Positions 12,547-27,544 of a stretch of 64,000 nt of DNA are shown here, one piece after another. Position 1 is the first letter of the stretch. Each line of letters starts with the position of its first letter. The stretch is from Octopus vulgaris (taxonomy: Eukaryota). The position numbers and the translations under genes are program-made. The stretch spans positions 6,138,001-6,202,000 of the forward strand of contig OX597818.1 in assembly GCA_951406725.2 (NCBI GenBank), given 5' to 3'. Below the pieces are notes generated by a model. That model was not told the DNA's origin. It saw nothing but the letters and a program-made list of their open reading frames with translations, and ran no database searches.

Positions 12547-12582
<36 letters not shown>

Positions 12583-14897
12583 AATAGGTATGCATATACG
12601 TTCAAGTACTATTATCATATGTATATAAATTTGGAAATCTGTTTCACAGAATCAAATTTGCCTTCATACATTGTAATGTATTTCTGCAGAAGGATGATCA
12701 CTTATTTGGCTTCGACCCGTTGTATAATTAATTGCACGATATATTATAAGAAAAGAAATATTTTCCTACGGAACTTGATACTGTAGTTTATCTCTCTCGA
12801 ATGCTGACTATAGTAAAATGGTTATTATATAGTGAATTACTTATATTATTATTATTATTGTTTTTAGCTCAAAGTGTCGAGGTTATATTGTGATTATGAT
12901 GCGTTTTTATTGTATGTTTCTTATTGGGAATGCATCTCTAAATTATTCTTTCTTTACTGATATCTTTTTGCATCTTAATTTCGTCTAGAAGGAAAGGGAT
13001 AGGGCATTTTGCAATGTGTTTAATTTATGGAATATTGTTTTCTTTCAAAGGCAATTTAATAATAAAACACATTAAAATTTTAAAAGGCGATGCATACATA
13101 CACATAGGAGACGCTCACACACGACCAAACATGCACACACACACAAATATAAACACACACGCACGCGCGCGAGCGCGCACACACACACGACCATGCATAA
13201 CATGCTAGAGCCAATCTCTTGATTACAGCAACAAATCTTCTCTAACGTACAACAAACGTTGATTTTACAGAGATCCTATTCTTTATTAATTACTGTAGAA
13301 TTTAAATTAAGAAATGTAAATGTTAATTTACAATGACAAGAGAAATAATTCGCTGCATCAAATGGATGCTCTAGTATAAAATGCTAATTCGTTTATTCGA
13401 ACCTTATTTAACAAATTTCCAGAGTGAAAATGGAAGATATAGGTAGAATACGAGATATCCAAATAACATACAAGATCTACTTTGTAAAAATTCTTCAGCA
13501 TTTTAGAAGTTATTTCATCAGCATAGGGAAGTATGAACTGGCGTTATAATTATTTCCTTAAAAATCTAATAAACTTTTAGATACATGTTTATATAGGTTC
13601 CAAAATTTTACAAGGGACATGTGGTTGAGATTTTTAATCGAGGTCTGTTTCAGTAAGATCTGTTCAGTGTCTATGTTTTTAACGTAATGACTGAATACAT
13701 GGTGTAGATAGTTGCTATTCTACTAGATGAAAATCTTTCAAATATCAATGAAACAGTATATGTCGTGATAGAATTGGCATTCATATATGTTCACAGATAT
13801 AAATGTTTTGTGGAAAAACTTGTTAAATGAATTTAGTGTTTTAAACTAGAATTTTATGCTCCACTGAATATTTCGAAAATCGGCGTGGGCGTTGCTGGAT
13901 ATTTTATCAACTTCTAGATATTTTTGAAACGTGCTAACAAATGAATATATAAACGGACGAATATTTGATAATAATATTATATTACCTTTTACTCAACCTG
14001 CAATATTACTGAGAAAAGGTAGAGGCGACAAAGAGAAAAATAATCTTAAAATATATATATATACATTCGAAGTTGCTTAATTGATTCTGTAATCCTGATT
14101 TTTTTAAAAATCGTGTATATATATGTATGCTTAGTTTCCATATATATAAACTATGTGTATGTGTTTTAATACAATTACAACTAGAATGAAGAGTTTTCAT
14201 ATACATATTTTAATTTCGGTTTTATAAATTTTGTGAGACGTGTATATTTTGCCATAAAAATAATTTCTACATTGAATATATTAATGCTAATACATTAAAA
14301 ATAATCGACTATGCAATAAAGGAGTTGGAGAAGAATGTGACTAGAATAAATAATTACAGTGATTATAAAACATTTGAAGGCTTCAAACTTTAATTAAAGG
14401 ATTAATAACGATAATCTGTTTGACGACATTTTGACAACTGTTCTAAACCCATCACGTTAAAATTTCTGAGAATTGCAACATTTAAGGAAACAGCTTTGTA
14501 TTTCATAAAATTAAAAACAATTATTCGCTCAAAAATGTTAAATAAAACGTCTTGCAAAGATTAACATTGAAGTAGACGACCAGCTCACAAACATATTTTT
14601 AAGTAAATGGACAATAAAAATAATCGAATTCCGCAATAGAAAGATGATATATTTAAAAAGCAAATACAATATAGAAAATCAGCTTAAGTGCAGAAAAGCA
14701 TTAAATTCGTTTCTTGGATTGTTAATGAACGTTTGTTTTTATCATATTTTATGCATATTTATAGAGTTTTCGTTCTTTGCTCTACAGATACATTGCGAGT
14801 ATAACTGAACATGTTTTTGTACAGGTTTAGTAAACTGCTTATATATGTGTTTAAATATCACGTGAACTTAGGAAATAGACATATACACAAAAGTACA

Positions 14898-15110
14898 TGT
14901 ATGTATGTATGTATGTATGTATGTATGTATGTATGTATGTATGTGTGTATGTATGTGTGTGTTTGTGTGTGTGTGTATGTATGTATGTATGTATGTATGT
15001 ATGTATGTTATTTATGTATGTATGTATGCATGTAAGTAAGTAAGTGTGTATGTAAGGATATACGTACGTATGTGTGTATGTATGTACGTACGTATGTATG
15101 CATGTATGTA
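14898..15110. repeat. (TATG)n microsatellite
   Basis: Read directly from the sequence. Confidence 0.9.
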
Positions 15111-15408
15111 GTTACTAAATTGTTAGTGATTTGATGAAAGAGTCGTCATTTGGGGAGTGTAACGCATACAGTAATTCTTAGGCTAAATATTTAAAACAAT
15201 TAACTTATTCAATGTGGAAAAGTGCATTTGGCAAGCGCTATATGTATAAGTGAATATATGAGTAGATATACTTATGCACACATACACACATACGCGCACA
15301 CACACGCACACGCACACGCACACACACGCGCGCACACAAACACACACGTACATACATATATTCATACATACATACACACATACACATTCATACATACATA
15401 CACATACA

Positions 15409-15439
<31 letters not shown>

Positions 15440-16123
15440 GTGTATTTGTGTGTGTGAATGTGTGGGTGCCTATCTGCGTGCGAGTGTTTTTATATTCCTT
15501 CACGAATGTCTCTGAGTATTTCAAGCAGATTTTATAACATCGTTATAACGGAGCAGTGGGCAGCCTTCGTGCTATCACCAGAGCTAAGTGAACCGTCAAG
15601 GAAATACCTTAAATAACATCAAAATGTAAAGAAACTTATTGATCAATGAAAACATACCATCTACATACCTTCTTTGCTAAGCACTTAAAAATTCCATTAC
15701 AAGAAATGCTAACACACAAAATATTTTTTAATGTTTTTAAATTTTGGATTGTAATTTGAGCTTTGACCATTATACTTTAAAGAGCGAAGAATTAAATCCA
15801 GTAATACCAAATGCAAATAAAACTATGTGACACAACCGCTGACAATAAAGCTTGTTCTCCTTACCTACTAGATTGTTGTTGACCCATAAGAAACAATCCC
15901 ATAGCCTGAACCTGACGCACCTAAATATACACATTTGTTTATAAAGTTGTAAACTCTGAACAATAACATAACCCGATATTTAATCAATAAACTTTTCTCT
16001 ACGAAACCTCTCTCTCACAGCCCACCCTACAATCAAATACCCAACAGACCACTGGAAGAAACTTTATGGTGGTTTTGTCGGTGGAAACTACGAAGTCACA
16101 CTCTATAATATACTAGTTAAAGT

Positions 16124-16159
<36 letters not shown>

Positions 16160-16161
<2 letters not shown>

Positions 16162-18342
16162 AAGAATCTTATTCGAAAACTCCTTCCTCTTACTCACATA
16201 GGTTTCGTCAAAAGAAAGACGACTGGCAGTGAGGAGAGTATTCCTACAAAGAGTGCTTCCATGAAGACCACGTTGGTTGAAACTTCGGTGAACTGATCTG
16301 ACGGATTCACTCTTTCTACTAACAGAAGCCACGTCTTGCGCCAAAGATGAAGTGATACGACGCCTGTCGTCCATCACTCAACGTTGAATGTTGCGACTAT
16401 CACGCGCAGTTAAAATATTAGGTTGTCTCATATGAAATGTCGCATTTGAAATAGGAAACATTAAACTTGTTTTCTAAGTTTTAGAATATTTATTTATTTA
16501 ATCAAACTAGGATCCATTTATGACATTCATCCAACATTCCTCTAAGGCATCTATTCCATCTTCAAAGAATTTATCATCTATTACACTGATAAACTGTTCG
16601 AATGCTTCAATTACCTCGTCTTTATTTAAGACTGTTTTATTGCTTATAGCAAGCTCGAAGTGTTTAGATATGTGATAATCAGTACGAGAGATATCAGGCG
16701 AATAAGGAGGATGTGCCGAAATTTCATAACTCAGGCTTTGCAACTTGTGGACCGTAGCTGATGAAGTGTGAAGCCATGCATTATCATGAAGCAAAAGTGG
16801 GCCATCTCTATTCACTAATCTGGGTTGCTTCATTTTTAATTTTTCATGCATACAATCAATTTCCTGACAATAGGATATTGCTGTTGCAGTTTTTCCTTGT
16901 TACAAAAATGAATAATGAATAGCCCCCTTTGTTGATCACCATACAGTGTCCATCAACTTTTTTAGGGAGCAATGGTGGTTTTGGGTAGTGTTTTGGTGAC
17001 TCTTTTGCATCTAACCACTGTCCTGTCCTCCAGCTGTTATCAAAGAGTATCCATTTCTCGTCACACACAATGAGTCGATACAAAAATGGTTCACTTTCCA
17101 ACCGAGAAATCAACGTGGAATACACTGTAAAGCATCTGTTCCTTTCAATCTCATTAAGTTGATGGGGAACAAACCTATCCATCATTTTGACTTTTCCAAT
17201 TTTCTTCAGGTGTCGAAAAGCAATCGCGGGATACGTCTGGAGCTCAGAGGAACACACACACATGCAAAGAAACACACACATAATACATACAGAGAAACAT
17301 ATACAGAGAAACACACACGTACATACATTCATACATACATACATACATACATACATACATACATACATACATACACACACACAGTCATACATACATATAT
17401 GTGTGTGAGTGTGTATGTGTGGGTGCCTCTCTGTGTTTGTGAGTGTTTTTATATTCTTTCATGAATGTTTTCGGACCGTTGTCCTCAGATTTCGTTTAAC
17501 CAAAGCACGCATTCAATTCCTCATTCCGAATAACTGATCTTGGTTTCCTTTTGTTTCATTTATAATGCTTTTATTTCCTGAATGAAATACTTGAAACCAA
17601 CTCCGAACAGTTCTAATGTCAACAGAATCGTTACCAAAAGCTCGTTTGATGTTTCGTAGAGCTGCGGTGGCAGAGTAATCCAACTTGTATTCGTACAAGG
17701 AAATCACTCGGTATTATTCAGTTGTCAACATTGTCATAAGAGCTGTGGGTAGCAAATTTGAATAATAGTATTCTCTAGAAAGAAAAAGAGATAATCATAT
17801 ACATAGAAACTTATTAAAAATCCATTTATAGATGACGCATAAGAAACCCATTTAAAATACATTTCATGTGGGAAAACCTAATAGAACGACGACCTGGACG
17901 ATGTTTATTGCTTAACAGTCCAGTAGCTTTGTACGTCTGAATTACTTTGGTGGCTGTGTTTACGCTAATATGTATTAGTTTGTTTTTTTATCTGAAACCA
18001 TTCTTGCACAAATTAAAAATAATTTTCTTCAAAACTTTAGACAATTCTTTTCCTTTTGGTGAAATAATTTATTAGAATTGAAATTATCAGCAATAGCTGA
18101 AATTAGTTAAAATAATAAGTGGGTAAATATTGAATATATCAATTTCCTTTAGGGTGTACACATATTTTAACGTTTGAAAATTAATATTTCATTCATATCT
18201 TTGAAAATGTTTATTGTTGTGTGTTCCAAATTTGTATAATGCTTGCATGCATAATATATTTTATTCAATATAAATTTCGTTTGATTTCTTTCGATATTAT
18301 TAGAGTAAAGGCAAAGGGTGTACAAACTTCTGTCAGATACTG
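16160..18342 (-). mobile_element. Tc1-like transposon remnant interrupted by a mariner
   Basis: TA-CAGTATCTGACAGAAGTTTGTACACCC terminus at 18342, with inner repeat GGGTGTACA at ~18152. Removing the mariner restores KHRPGRRS|ILTARDSRNIQR, followed by RGLHG...LLTASRLSF...KEFSNKIL. Confidence 0.8.
16418..17881 (-). mobile_element. Mariner (DD34D) transposon, full-length, defective
   Basis: TIRs TTAGGTTGTCTCATATGAAATGT / ACATTTCATGTGGGAAAACCTAA with TA on both sides. Motifs VRSWFQVF, FVPHQL, IVCDEKWILFDN, LLHDNA and HPPYSPDISRTDYH. Confidence 0.92.
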
Positions 18343-18354
18343 TAAATATGTATG

Positions 18355-18393
<39 letters not shown>

Positions 18394-18424
18394 AATGAAA
18401 TAAAAAACAGAACACAAAGTATGT

Positions 18425-18518
18425 CGCAGTACACGTGTTTCAAGCTTTATACAACAACCTATTCTTACATCAATGTATAATCGACATAACAGATGGTTTA
18501 AAGCTCTCTTCAGCCGCA
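18425..18518 (-). ncRNA. Type I hammerhead ribozyme
   Basis: Minus strand: TGCGG-CTGAAGA-GAGCTTTA...TAAAGCTT-GAAACACGTGT-A-CTGCG. Canonical core, strong stem II base, palindromic stem III, GUA site. Confidence 0.8.
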
Positions 18519-18600
18519 TGCAATTGCTATACCAAAGACTTATATCACATTATGAAAAATCCAAAAATGTACATTTTATTATTATCTATAATGGTGGGTA

Positions 18601-19006
18601 TATAGATGTTGTCGCGAAAGTATGTTTGTAAATCTTCATAATCAAATAGGTATGTAGGGTATCATTGGACTTCAAAACACCGCCCATACTCTATCATCAG
18701 TCAATATAGAGTGAATGTTGAGTAGATTGGAGTGGGTTCAAGTGGGTTAGGGTTAGTGTTAGGGTTAGGATTCTGTTGACATTAGAACTGTTCAGAGATG
18801 GTTTCAAAGATTTCATTCAGGAAGTAAAAGTATTATAAATGAAACAAAGGGAAACCAACATCAGTTATTCGGCATGAGGAATCTACTCAACATTCCCTCT
18901 ATGTTGACTGATGATAGAGTATGGACGGTTTTTTGAAGTCCAATGATACCCTACATACCTATTTGATTATGAAGATTTACAAACATACTTTCGCGACCAC
19001 ATCTAT
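18601..19006. repeat. Inverted repeat (~130-bp arms) enclosing telomere-like repeats and a mariner-derived fragment
   Basis: 18601-18730 is the near-exact reverse complement of 18880-19006. The loop holds GGGTTAGGGTTAGTGTTAGGGTTAGG and an inverted copy of 17520-17630. Confidence 0.9.
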
Positions 19007-20317
19007 TCATCGTCAGGGAAGCACTAGAAATGTCGTAGACTCAGCCGAAGCGGAAGAGTAATACACTCCAACGTAATCAGACGTTGGCCGAGACAAGGCA
19101 CGACGGTCAAGGGATAGTAGTTGACTACGTAATGTACGCGTTAGCCACCTCTGCCCGAACTTTCACGGCCATTTCAGTGTGAGTGTCGTCGTTCTGCTCG
19201 TTACTTCGTCCCAATTTTTGTTCATCTGGAGGTCCGGACCAAACGAGACCCCTAGCAATTAAACAGAACATCGCAGGTAAGCCCACATAGGAACACAACC
19301 ACAGAATCATCCACATAAACGCACGCTCACACACACTCATACATGCACAGGCACACACATACATAAACCATGCTTTCACACGAGTACGCACACAAAAATA
19401 GGCAAGAACACGCGCAATCACACACATATATGGACAGCCATATGAACACACATGCAAGCACGCACGGAGACGCAAGAAGACACAAGCACGAGAAAACAGA
19501 CGCAAGTATTACACACACATACTTGCTTATACAGCCTCAAAATATAAAACCACCTTATAAGCACGTGCATGCTGGAATACACTTAAATAAGAGGACCCTT
19601 TCTCTCACTCACACCTACGCAGGAACACACATACGAAGAAGAAGGCACACAGCTACTTGCCTCGTCAAAAAAAGAAAAACTGCCAGATACGCGCACACAC
19701 AAGCTGGAATACACTAAAATAAGCAAACGTTCTCACATTCACAGACACACACACAAATACTAACATACGCTCACTCATAAAACCGACTGGACGGCACAAG
19801 TACACGGAACTGCATACTCGCACGTGCACACATACATGCGAACACATATATTCATGCACACACTCGCACACACATAATTACACACATTCCTACGGTAATC
19901 TTCTCCTTCCCCACTCGAAAGACCTACACTCTAAGCCCTAAAATCTTCAGTAGATAAACTGACTGAAATATGTGTGGACTAGTTTCCTAATTCTTAAAAA
20001 ATATAGAATTCACTTTTCAAAGAAATCTCTTGTTAATTTTGGCCTATTTGCATTATACAGTATGAAACAATTATCGGCTATCAAAAATCTAGTCTACCCA
20101 TTATTTCTATTATAATCTTGTATCTGGGCCATTAGGAAATATTATCATGTCTATATTTGAAGTTTTAAATACTGAAGAGTTGTTCATTGATGAATCTCTC
20201 TTAAAGAACATTAAGCCATATATTAGAATTGATGAAATCGACATACTCCGTCTCTTTCCTCTTTGGCCAAGCCCTCATCAACTTTTCAAGATTATTATTA
20301 TTATTATTATTACTATT

Positions 20318-20840
20318 GAGTAAAAGAGCAGTGCATATCATCAACGTGACACAGGGGTAAAATAAACGAAACCAAGTATACCAATCATAACTACCCGTCT
20401 GATAAGGCTACACCAGGTACATGTATCACAACAATATATACGCGACATAGCGATCTTAAGGTAAACAGCCTTGCAGGTGGGGGTCAGTTAAAATTTTCTT
20501 ACGGTCGAGAAGCCCATCCCGCTCAAAAGACCCTTGAATAAGGGTTGTTTAAGGACGATGAACAAAAAGTGTTTCCAGAAGTGAATTATTCAAACCCCAA
20601 AGAATTCCTCTCAAAACATGACTATGATGCTACCCCCATTACTGCTACTCGTAATCAGAGATATACATATCGTCAGCCACTAAGTGCATGCTCAACTGGT
20701 TACGGTCAAGCAACGGACAAGCAAATACGTGGCATTGAGCATAATATTTGATTTAGCCCATCTTATATACCAAGACAAAACAATGTACATGATAACACTT
20801 GCAATCAGTTAAGATCAGAAACCATGAGAGACACTCCATT
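20318..20840. repeat. Interspersed ~520-bp non-coding repeat next to (ATT)n
   Basis: Similar to 33335-33870 (GCCACTAAG..ATGCTCAACTGGT..ACGGT...GACAAGCAAAT, CAAAAC.ATGTACATGATA.CACT). A short inverted end copy lies at ~21872-21915. Confidence 0.7.
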
Positions 20841-20859
20841 TATTATTATTGTTATTATT

Positions 20860-21685
20860 TGCCTTTGTACAGCTTCTAACGCTGGAGATATAGTACAGTG
20901 TCAGCTGTTCACTACCAGTGAACTAAGGTAATCTAGTGAAGACTACGTCCGGTTTCTTATTCTCTATCTCATGGTCGCGCTGAATCAAAAATCCCATAAG
21001 ATTTTTACATTTCTATTTTCGACGATGTCTTCAGGTATGTGGTAGTACCAATTTTCTTCCTCTGTCAAGTCCATACTTTTGCGTAGTGTCCAATGGACAA
21101 GTCTGGCTGTATTGTCGTAGCGTCTCTTATATTCCTTCTATGCTCTATGCTAATGCTGTAAATTGGCTGGTAATATGCCATACGGTTTCACCGTTTTGTC
21201 AACAGATTCTGCACTTATTACTTTCTGCTGTGTTGTCTATTCTGTATTTTATGTAGCTTGTACATAATGCTTGGACTTCAGCAGCACAGATTAGAGCCTC
21301 CGTCCGTTTAATTTCTACTTAAGATTTAGTCTCAGTCTGCGCAAGCACTCCACCTGAAGTTTTTTTGTCATTTCTTTCTACATCAATTTATCCATTTCCA
21401 ATATCCCCAAGTACTTATAGCCCGTCTCTTGGAAGATGCCCCTCCTAATTTCTACTGTCCCTAAACTTCTTCCGTATGCTGTCAGGTCCGTCCTCCAATT
21501 CGCCATACTTTTTCCAAGTAATAGCTCAACATTCGATGCAATACCAAATAGGTTCATACACTCCATAATCCAAGAATGTGGGGTCATATCGTACTCCTTA
21601 CGATAGTCGATGTATGACATGGCTAAGTTACTTTTCCTCCTCTTGTATTCTCTAAGTACAGTTTTGTCTATCAGGAGTTGCCCAA
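20860..21685 (-). mobile_element. R4/Dong-like RLE non-LTR retrotransposon fragment
   Basis: SYIDYRKEYDMTPHSWI, RGIFQ, YKYLGILE, ETEALICAAE, KCRIC...ETVWHI and RRYDNTARLVHW. Internally deleted and bounded by (ATT)n. Confidence 0.85.
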
Positions 21686-22917
21686 TTATTATTATTATTA
21701 TTACTATTGTTGTAGTTGTAGTTGTAGTTGTTGTTGTTGTTGTTGTTAGACAATACGAAGGGCGTGATGATATGGCTATATATATTTTATTGGTTTGAAA
21801 TATATTTCGACAGCTTGCCTGTCGTTGTCGAGTTCAAAATGAAAGGTGCAACATAGAAATATATATATTTACCCCAGTGCTTCTTTGATGGCATGCACTG
21901 CTCTCTCACTCAATAACAACAAAAACAACAAGAACAATAATAATAATTATCTTATTTTGTGGAGGGAAACGTTTGATTATATCGACCATCGTTCATAAAC
22001 GGCACTTATTTTGTCGACCGCGTAACGATGAAGTGCTTTGGCCCCTCAGAGTGATTTAACAATAGAACGAGCGTAACACTAAGACTTACTGACTGCGCTG
22101 AATGCTCACAAACTGTTATAAACGTGATAATACGATGATAATACGAAAGACAAATATTTCTGCTAAATTAGCGATATAAAGCGTATAAAGCATATGGAAA
22201 ATAAGACATTTCTGTTTTTTCCCTCTTAATTTGAATAAAAGTATGCAAGAATATAGATTATTGGTGTCAAGAATACATGCAAACAACTATACATTAGAAC
22301 AACTATGAATATAATATCTGTTCGTGTGTATATTTTTCTTTTATTTTATTCTACGCGTATTAGTGAAAGCACGTATAGATGATGCTAAATTAAATAAACG
22401 TAACAATATGAATTCATTGTAGGATCAAAAGGAAATAAAAACATATTCTAATAAAATATAATGAAGCCAAAATTTTATTGATCTTCAAATACATGACAAA
22501 ATTAAATTAAAACAAGAACAGGAAACAAAACAACATAGTTATTAGGGAAATCACAAGAGATGGTTGCTATGAAAAATATGTTTGGCTATTTAAAATAAGA
22601 GTGAAGGTTTCACCTCTCATGCAGTTTATTGATGACACGTCTATTCCCGGTGTGTGCAATGTAGTAGAACAAAGAAAATCTATAACCATACGAATATTGA
22701 TTGAGTATTGAAATGAGCAAGGGAATCATGAAATGAAGCGTAGTTTGAAATATTTTATAGTAACCAGAAGGTACGGTGAGTCTAATTTTGCTATGTTGTA
22801 TTTCAAGCGCACACACTTTTACATATTACTTGATATATCGATCAATAGGTAAACGAATCAAAGTCAAAGAAAATCTGTGGAAAATAGGGGAAGATACTTG
22901 AATACATACAAAAGCAT

Positions 22918-25977
<3,060 letters not shown>

Positions 25978-26770
25978 TTGACTGTTGATTGACTAATTAA
26001 TTGACTAATTAATTGATTAATTATTCTGTTGATATATGTGTGTATGCGTGTATATATATGTATATATATATATATATGTATATATATGTATCGCGTGTAT
26101 TGGAGAAATTGATCTTGCGAGATATACCTTTAAAACTGTTTTCTTATCTTTCGCTATCGTGCGCGTGTGTTATATATTTAGAACGGTAAATTCCGTGACA
26201 ACAAGTGTCGATGTCTACAGGTTGTACATATCTGTGATGAATGGATATTTTTACTTTTATCTATATCTATATATGTAAGTATGTGTGTATATGTAACATA
26301 TTGTAGCTATTCCTTCTCTTGCATTCTCACACTCTCTCCCTCTCTCAAAATCTCTTTCTCTCTCTTTCTTTCACAGCCTCTCTGCCCCTCTATCTCTCCC
26401 TCGTAATCTTTTTTCTCGCTTTCCTGCACTACCTCTTTCTCCCCCCTCTCTCGCTCTTTCCATCACACTATCTCTCCCCCCTCTCTCTCCTCACTCTCCC
26501 TTTCTCCTTCCTTTTCACTATCCCTTTCTCTTTCCCTCACGAACTCACTCCCTCCCTCCCAATCTCTCTCTTTTTCTTTCCTTCAGACCCCCTTTCTCTA
26601 TCTCTCTCGCCCTCTCTCGCTTTCCTTCCCTGCCTCTCTCTCACCCTCTCTCTTTTCCCCAAAACAGTCTTCTTTTCCTCTCTCTCACCCTCCCTTCCTC
26701 ACAATCTCTTCATCTCTCCTCCCTTCTCCCTTTTTCCCTCACAGCTTCTCTCTCTCCCCGCTACAACGGA

Positions 26771-27544
26771 ATGGACAACATGCAAAAATTAGAGGTAAAT
26801 GCAAACACTGGCGTCAACAAAAGCCAGCGTAACTGGACGAAAGTAGAGCTGGAAGTTTTCATCAGAGGATGGACCTCGGCCGACAGATCGCAACCAACTA
26901 AAAACATAGTGGCGACCCTGAAAAGCCATGGCTTTATGAGGACGTTGGCGCAGGTAGAGAGGAAGAAAAGAGAAGTTGAAAGGGCCTACACTCTCATTGC
27001 ACCACACATGGCTTTGCTAAGCCAAGTCCTCAAGGTGGATAAAGACAAAGAGAGAGAGATGGAAACAGGAAACACCAACCACAGAGTGTCAAAAAATGAC
27101 ACACCCACAGCCACAGTCGAAGAAGGCAAGCAGGGCAAACAACAGATAGGCGGCGATGGGGAAACAGAAAATAACCAGCCGGATGAAAAGACCTATGCAG
27201 AAAGGAACCAGTGGACAACCGTCCAACGGAGGAAGAAAAAACAGAGAGGAACTGGGGACAAGAAAACCCAGATAACATGCAAATTCTTCCGGAATGGAAC
27301 CTGCTGGCATGGAGAAACAGGGGAAGGATGCAGGTTCGCTCATCCCAGGCCCTATGGAAATTGCATCAAACCCACTCGACCAAAATGCCTTAACCAAAAC
27401 CAAGACCGAAACCAAAACCAGAACAAATTCAAGCTGCCCCAGAAATATGCAGACATAGTGCGGAATGCCCCAACAAGGAGAAGGCGCACATTTGCAGAGG
27501 AAATGCAGACGGCGGCAGCAGAACAAAAAATTTTGTGGAAATAG
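26771..27544 (+). CDS. LINE ORF1 protein with Myb/SANT-like N-terminus and CCCH zinc finger
   Basis: WTKVELEVFIRGW...RTLAQVERKKREVERAY resembles trihelix/Myb-SANT. CKFFRNGTCWHGETGEGCRFAH is a C-x7-C-x8-C-x3-H finger. WTTVQRRKKK is a basic motif. Confidence 0.75.
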   Translation: MDNMQKLEVNANTGVNKSQRNWTKVELEVFIRGWTSADRSQPTKNIVATLKSHGFMRTLAQVERKKREVERAYTLIAPHMALLSQVLKVDKDKEREMETGNTNHRVSKNDTPTATVEEGKQGKQQIGGDGETENNQPDEKTYAERNQWTTVQRRKKKQRGTGDKKTQITCKFFRNGTCWHGETGEGCRFAHPRPYGNCIKPTRPKCLNQNQDRNQNQNKFKLPQKYADIVRNAPTRRRRTFAEEMQTAAAEQKILWK

